This document shows, in pieces, positions 35,641 through 39,468 of a DNA stretch of 39,468 nt (its first letter is position 1; each line of letters begins with the position of its first letter). Where the stretch lies: the IMG/VR virus record IMGVR_UViG_3300034025_000011, positions 1 through 39,468 of that record, one strand, 5' to 3'. The notes beneath the pieces are model-generated. The model was not told where the DNA came from, made no database searches, and worked only from the letters and a program-made list of their open reading frames with translations. Origin of the DNA: a virus. Lineage: Duplodnaviria; Caudoviricetes. Position numbers and translations under genes: made by a program.

Positions 35641-36222
35641 ATGCGCAATTTCCTTAAAATCGCCTCTGGTATTAATGTTTCTGGCCTACTGCTAGCAATT
35701 ACACGACGTCCTGAGCTGTGGTCGGAAGATACATTTTTAAGAAAATATCCTCAAGGACCATTTGGCGAAATTGATTCAATAATGTTGCGATTCCCTGCCG
35801 TAGTAGATTGCAAAGATGAGCAAGAGGTAGAGTTGTACAAAAAAAACATGCTCCCTGGACATGACCAGCATGAGTCCGTAGATCGCCCTTCCTATGCAGC
35901 GCTGCCAGAGGCAAGAACTCTTGTTATGCAGATATTTTCAGCCGTCGGTGGCGAGCGACTTGGCCGCGTAATGATTAATCGAATTTCTCCAGGAGGAAGA
36001 ATTTATCCTCATGCTGATACACCAATTCATGCTGATTATTACAGGCGATTCCATTTAGTATTGCAAAGCAATCCCGGAAATGTGTTTCGATGCGGCGATG
36101 AGCAAGTACATATGCAAACTGGCGAGGTATGGTGGTTCAATAATAAGTTGGAGCATGAAGTTTTGAACAATAGTGATGCAGACCGAATCCACATGATTAT
36201 CGATGCGAAGGTATCCACATGA
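35641..36222 (+). CDS. Asp/Asn beta-hydroxylase family 2OG-Fe(II) oxygenase
   Basis: 'PGGRIYPHAD' (HxD), 'GEVWWFNNKLEHEV' (distal H), 'DRIHMIID' (2OG Arg). Confidence 0.88.
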   Translation: MRNFLKIASGINVSGLLLAITRRPELWSEDTFLRKYPQGPFGEIDSIMLRFPAVVDCKDEQEVELYKKNMLPGHDQHESVDRPSYAALPEARTLVMQIFSAVGGERLGRVMINRISPGGRIYPHADTPIHADYYRRFHLVLQSNPGNVFRCGDEQVHMQTGEVWWFNNKLEHEVLNNSDADRIHMIIDAKVST

Positions 36223-36671
36223 TTACTTTTGCGATTGAGTCATTTGACTCTGTTTATGATGAAATGTATCCATTACTTGAGATGCATTATGATGAGCTTT
36301 CGCAGCATAAGGAACACGGGTTCCCGCTAAAGCCGCAAGCAAATTCATACCGAGCAAGAGATGCATCGGGCCAACTTTTGATGTGCATAGCTCGTGAAAA
36401 TGGTGCAATGATTGGCTACTTTGTTGGAGTTATTTCATCAGCATTGCATTATGAAACTTGCTTATCATGCTCGCCGGATATATTTTATATCGTTCCTGAG
36501 AAAAGAAAAGGTGGGGCAGCTCTTGATATGTTTACATTCGTAGAAAAAGAGCTTCGCCGCCGTGGTGTAAAAATGTGGACTGTTGGCAGCAAAATAAAAC
36601 ATGATGTTACTAAGCTATTTGAGTATTTGGATTTTTCGCCATTTGAAATAATTTACGCCAAATGGCTATAG
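36219..36671 (+). CDS. GNAT-fold acyltransferase-like protein
   Basis: 'IGYF', 'DIFYIVPEKRKGG', 'LFEYLDF'. Confidence 0.78.
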   Translation: MITFAIESFDSVYDEMYPLLEMHYDELSQHKEHGFPLKPQANSYRARDASGQLLMCIARENGAMIGYFVGVISSALHYETCLSCSPDIFYIVPEKRKGGAALDMFTFVEKELRRRGVKMWTVGSKIKHDVTKLFEYLDFSPFEIIYAKWL

Positions 36672-36680
36672 GGGGAATAT

Positions 36681-37343
36681 ATGGTTGCAGCAGCAGTAGT
36701 AGGCGCGGCAGTTGTTGGGGGTGTTGCCAGCTCGCAGGCGTCAAAGTCTGCATCTAAATCACAATCTGCGTCTGCGCAACAAGGAATTGATGCGCAAAAC
36801 GCACAATTTGCCGCGACACAAAAGCTGCTTTCCCCGTATGTGCAAGCTGGCAACGGTGCTTTGACGGGCCAGCAAAATCTACTTGGCTTAAATGGTATCG
36901 ACGCGCAGCAGCAAGCTATTAATGGAATCCAGAATAGCTCTCAATTTCAAGCTCTAAATCAACAGGGTCTAAATGCAATTAATCAGACTGCATCGGCTAC
37001 TGGTGGTCTGAGAGGCGGCAATAACCAAGCGGCATTGGCGCAGTTTAGTCCGGGTCTTTTGAATTCACTCATTCAGCAGCAATACTCTAACTTAGGCGGC
37101 TTGACTAATATTGGACAAAATGCCGCTGCTGGTGTGGGTAATGCTGGCGCCAATAACGCTAACGCTGTATCTAATCTATACGCGCAACAGGGATCGGCAG
37201 CAGCAGGGGCGGCGCTGGCGCAAGGTAAGGCATTTGGCGGCATAGTTAATAGCGCTGCAAATGCATATGGGTATTATGCTGCAAATCAAGCTCCGGCCGC
37301 ATACCAGCCTACAGGGCAAGCATTCACTAATGAGGTATTTTAA
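36681..37343 (+). CDS. DNA ejection protein (P22 gp7-like)
   Basis: Ala/Gln/Asn-rich; 'ASATGGLRGGN'. Confidence 0.85.
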   Translation: MVAAAVVGAAVVGGVASSQASKSASKSQSASAQQGIDAQNAQFAATQKLLSPYVQAGNGALTGQQNLLGLNGIDAQQQAINGIQNSSQFQALNQQGLNAINQTASATGGLRGGNNQAALAQFSPGLLNSLIQQQYSNLGGLTNIGQNAAAGVGNAGANNANAVSNLYAQQGSAAAGAALAQGKAFGGIVNSAANAYGYYAANQAPAAYQPTGQAFTNEVF

Positions 37344-38671
37344 TGGCTGATCCAATCGACTATAGCGGCGCATTTGGTGCTGCTTCGCCATTTCAATCAT
37401 TTATCCAAGGTGTTCAAGGCGCTAATGTTGTTGCAGATTCTCGCTTCGCGCAGCAAGAGCAGTCATTCAAGATGCAGCAACAGCAAGCCGCGATTGCGCA
37501 GCAACAGAGAATGCAGGCTGATTTAGCCTCCTTGGGAAATAATCCATCTCCGCAGGATATTGGTCGAATGTCAGTTAAGTATCCACAGCTAAGCGAAAGC
37601 TTTAAACGGTCTTATGACATGCTTTCGCCAGAAGCTCAGCAGCAAAAGTTGCAGCTTGTATCTAGTGTCGCAAGCGCTTTGCATACTGACAATCCAGATA
37701 TTGCTGTAGACATCCTTAACAAGCAAGCAGAAGCATTCGCCAATAGCGGCGATGAAAAGCAAGCAGAGGCCAGCCGAATTCAAGCGCAAATGGTTAAAGA
37801 CCATCCAGAATTTGCAAAAACAAATGCATTTATGTTGCTTGGCGGCCTGCCTAATGGTGAAAAGGTTATTGATGGCATTGCCAAACTCGGCGGCGAGGCT
37901 CGTGCTAATGCTCAAGCTCCTGCCGAGTTAGCCAAGAAGCAAGCAGATGCCGCTAAGGCTGGCGCAGAGGCTACAGTAGCAGGCGCTACTATTCCTGACA
38001 TGATCGCCAAACCTGCTCAAGATGCGCGCCTAGCTGAGTTTGATGCGCAGATTAAGGCTGCTAACAGCGAGACACAGCGCGGACAGTTGACGCTAGAGCG
38101 CGACAAGTATATGCAAGATCAGGTAAAGCTTGCAGGAACAACAGGCTCTGCGCAACAGGATCAACTTGATTCTGTTGGAAACGCTATTTCTACTGCGCAA
38201 GGATTGCTTAATGACCCTGAACTAAAAAAAGAGTGGACAGGAGTTGGCAGCACACTTGGCAAACTGCTATCAAATATCCCTGGCACTGAAAGCAAAGATT
38301 ACCGAGCCAATGTCCAAACTCTGAAATCGCAATTGTTCCTTCCCGCTGTAGCTGCGCTTAAAGCAGCTGGCGCTGGGGGCGCTCTCTCTGATGCAGAAGG
38401 AAAGAAATTAGATTCGCAAGTTGCTAGCCTTGATCCTGATATGAGTCCAAAGGCATTTTCTACAAATCTTCGAGTTGTAATTGCTTCTTTAACTAAAGCG
38501 CAGCAAAAAGTCTTGGCTAATCCTAAGACTCCGCAAAAAGGTGGGGCATACGTAGCAACAAACCCTACCTACGGAAACATAACGGAAGGTGATATTAACC
38601 GGCTTATGAAGAATCATCCAGGCGCAACCCGTCAACAGGTAATGGAATTTCTTAACCAAGGTGCAAAATAA
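37343..38671 (+). CDS. DNA ejection protein (P22 gp20 position)
   Basis: Gln/Ala-rich helical; 'GALSDAEGKKL'; synteny. Confidence 0.75.
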   Translation: MADPIDYSGAFGAASPFQSFIQGVQGANVVADSRFAQQEQSFKMQQQQAAIAQQQRMQADLASLGNNPSPQDIGRMSVKYPQLSESFKRSYDMLSPEAQQQKLQLVSSVASALHTDNPDIAVDILNKQAEAFANSGDEKQAEASRIQAQMVKDHPEFAKTNAFMLLGGLPNGEKVIDGIAKLGGEARANAQAPAELAKKQADAAKAGAEATVAGATIPDMIAKPAQDARLAEFDAQIKAANSETQRGQLTLERDKYMQDQVKLAGTTGSAQQDQLDSVGNAISTAQGLLNDPELKKEWTGVGSTLGKLLSNIPGTESKDYRANVQTLKSQLFLPAVAALKAAGAGGALSDAEGKKLDSQVASLDPDMSPKAFSTNLRVVIASLTKAQQKVLANPKTPQKGGAYVATNPTYGNITEGDINRLMKNHPGATRQQVMEFLNQGAK

Positions 38672-39468
38672 TGGCAGGCGCTCCTAACGCGTACAGCGAT
38701 CCGTATTATCAAGAATTGGCAGCAAGCACAGAACAGAAGCTTGGTTTGCCAGTTGGTTTGCTGTCGTCTATCGTCATGAAAGGCGAACGCAGTAACGCCG
38801 ATCAAGTTAGCAGTGCTGGTGCAAAGTCTGTGTTCCAGATCGTTCCTGCGACCCGTGACGCTGGATTGAAGAAATATGGCATTGATGCATATCTATCTCC
38901 TGAAAACGCCGCCGAGGTAGCCGGGAAACTGCTTAAAGACTCTTTGACACGCAACAAGGGCAGCGTAGCTGATGCTGTCTCTGAGTATCACGGCGGAACA
39001 AATCGGGATAACTGGGGGCCACTGACTAAAGCATACACTGGCAGAGTTCTAGCAGGTAAAGCTAGAGCAAAGATCGATACGTTAAGTCAGGATTTTGCTA
39101 AGTTCATGGCGACTAATTCAGCTGGCTCTGTAGCACCAACGGCTGATGATGATGCTCAACCGGCTGATGATAAGCTTTCACAAGGCTTTGGCGCCTTTCT
39201 AGCGCAGAAGAAACAATCTTTACCCAGTACCGGGCCATCAGATGTCAATAATCCTGCGGATGGCGCCTCTACACAAAATGATGGCCCACAAGGTACAACT
39301 ATCAAGGGTTTGATGGGTGCGGCTGTTCGTGGCGGCGGGCCAATTGCAGCAGGCGCTGCGTTGGGCGCTGCGGCTGGCGCTCCTCTGGCTGGCGTCGGGG
39401 CCATCCCTGGCGCTGCGGCTGGCGCTGGCGCTGCTGCGCTGACAACTTTGGTGGGTGATCCATTAGTA
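38671..39468 (+). CDS. N-terminal part of gp16-like ejection protein with lytic transglycosylase-like domain; continues at the window start
   Basis: Hand-translated open frame: 'IVMKGERS', 'AGAKSVFQIVPAT', 'AVSEYHGG'. Confidence 0.82.
   Translation, partial: MAGAPNAYSDPYYQELAASTEQKLGLPVGLLSSIVMKGERSNADQVSSAGAKSVFQIVPATRDAGLKKYGIDAYLSPENAAEVAGKLLKDSLTRNKGSVADAVSEYHGGTNRDNWGPLTKAYTGRVLAGKARAKIDTLSQDFAKFMATNSAGSVAPTADDDAQPADDKLSQGFGAFLAQKKQSLPSTGPSDVNNPADGASTQNDGPQGTTIKGLMGAAVRGGGPIAAGAALGAAAGAPLAGVGAIPGAAAGAGAAALTTLVGDPLV
39345..39468. repeat. Terminal direct repeat (right copy)
   Basis: Matches 1-124 with one mismatch. Confidence 0.97.

Overview
Apparently complete, circularly permuted genome (~39,344 bp unique; positions 1-124 repeat at 39345-39468 with one mismatch) of a P22-like podovirus. 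Virion block: terS-terL-portal-scaffold-coat-gp4-gp10-needle-three ejection proteins-tailspike, followed by a lysis cassette (holin-like, GH108 endolysin, second holin-like, secreted GH16 glycanase). The leftward early arm carries RecT-like/YqaJ recombination genes; the rightward arm carries a Cro-like HTH, NinB, a PAPS-reductase-like gene, NinG, an initiator with iterons and DnaB. I found no integrase, CI, N, Q or spanin. The most notable observations are non-coding or tiny: (1) two structurally identical but sequence-orthogonal C4/CI-like RNA elements (two loop-target pairings plus a terminator-like stem) upstream of the recombination and replication operons; (2) a dense structured-RNA cluster at 20.66-22.15 kb with an HNH gene, a kissing-loop tRNA-like fold and a tRNA body with a 20-nt UUCG-containing anticodon loop; (3) an uncalled 31-aa Gly4/basic peptide coupled to a membrane protein at the head of the lysis cassette; (4) an Asp/Asn beta-hydroxylase + GNAT pair in the virion module; (5) four tiny membrane peptides at the start of the early operon. 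Protein family calls come from motif recognition and synteny, not database searches; RNA folds were paired by eye.
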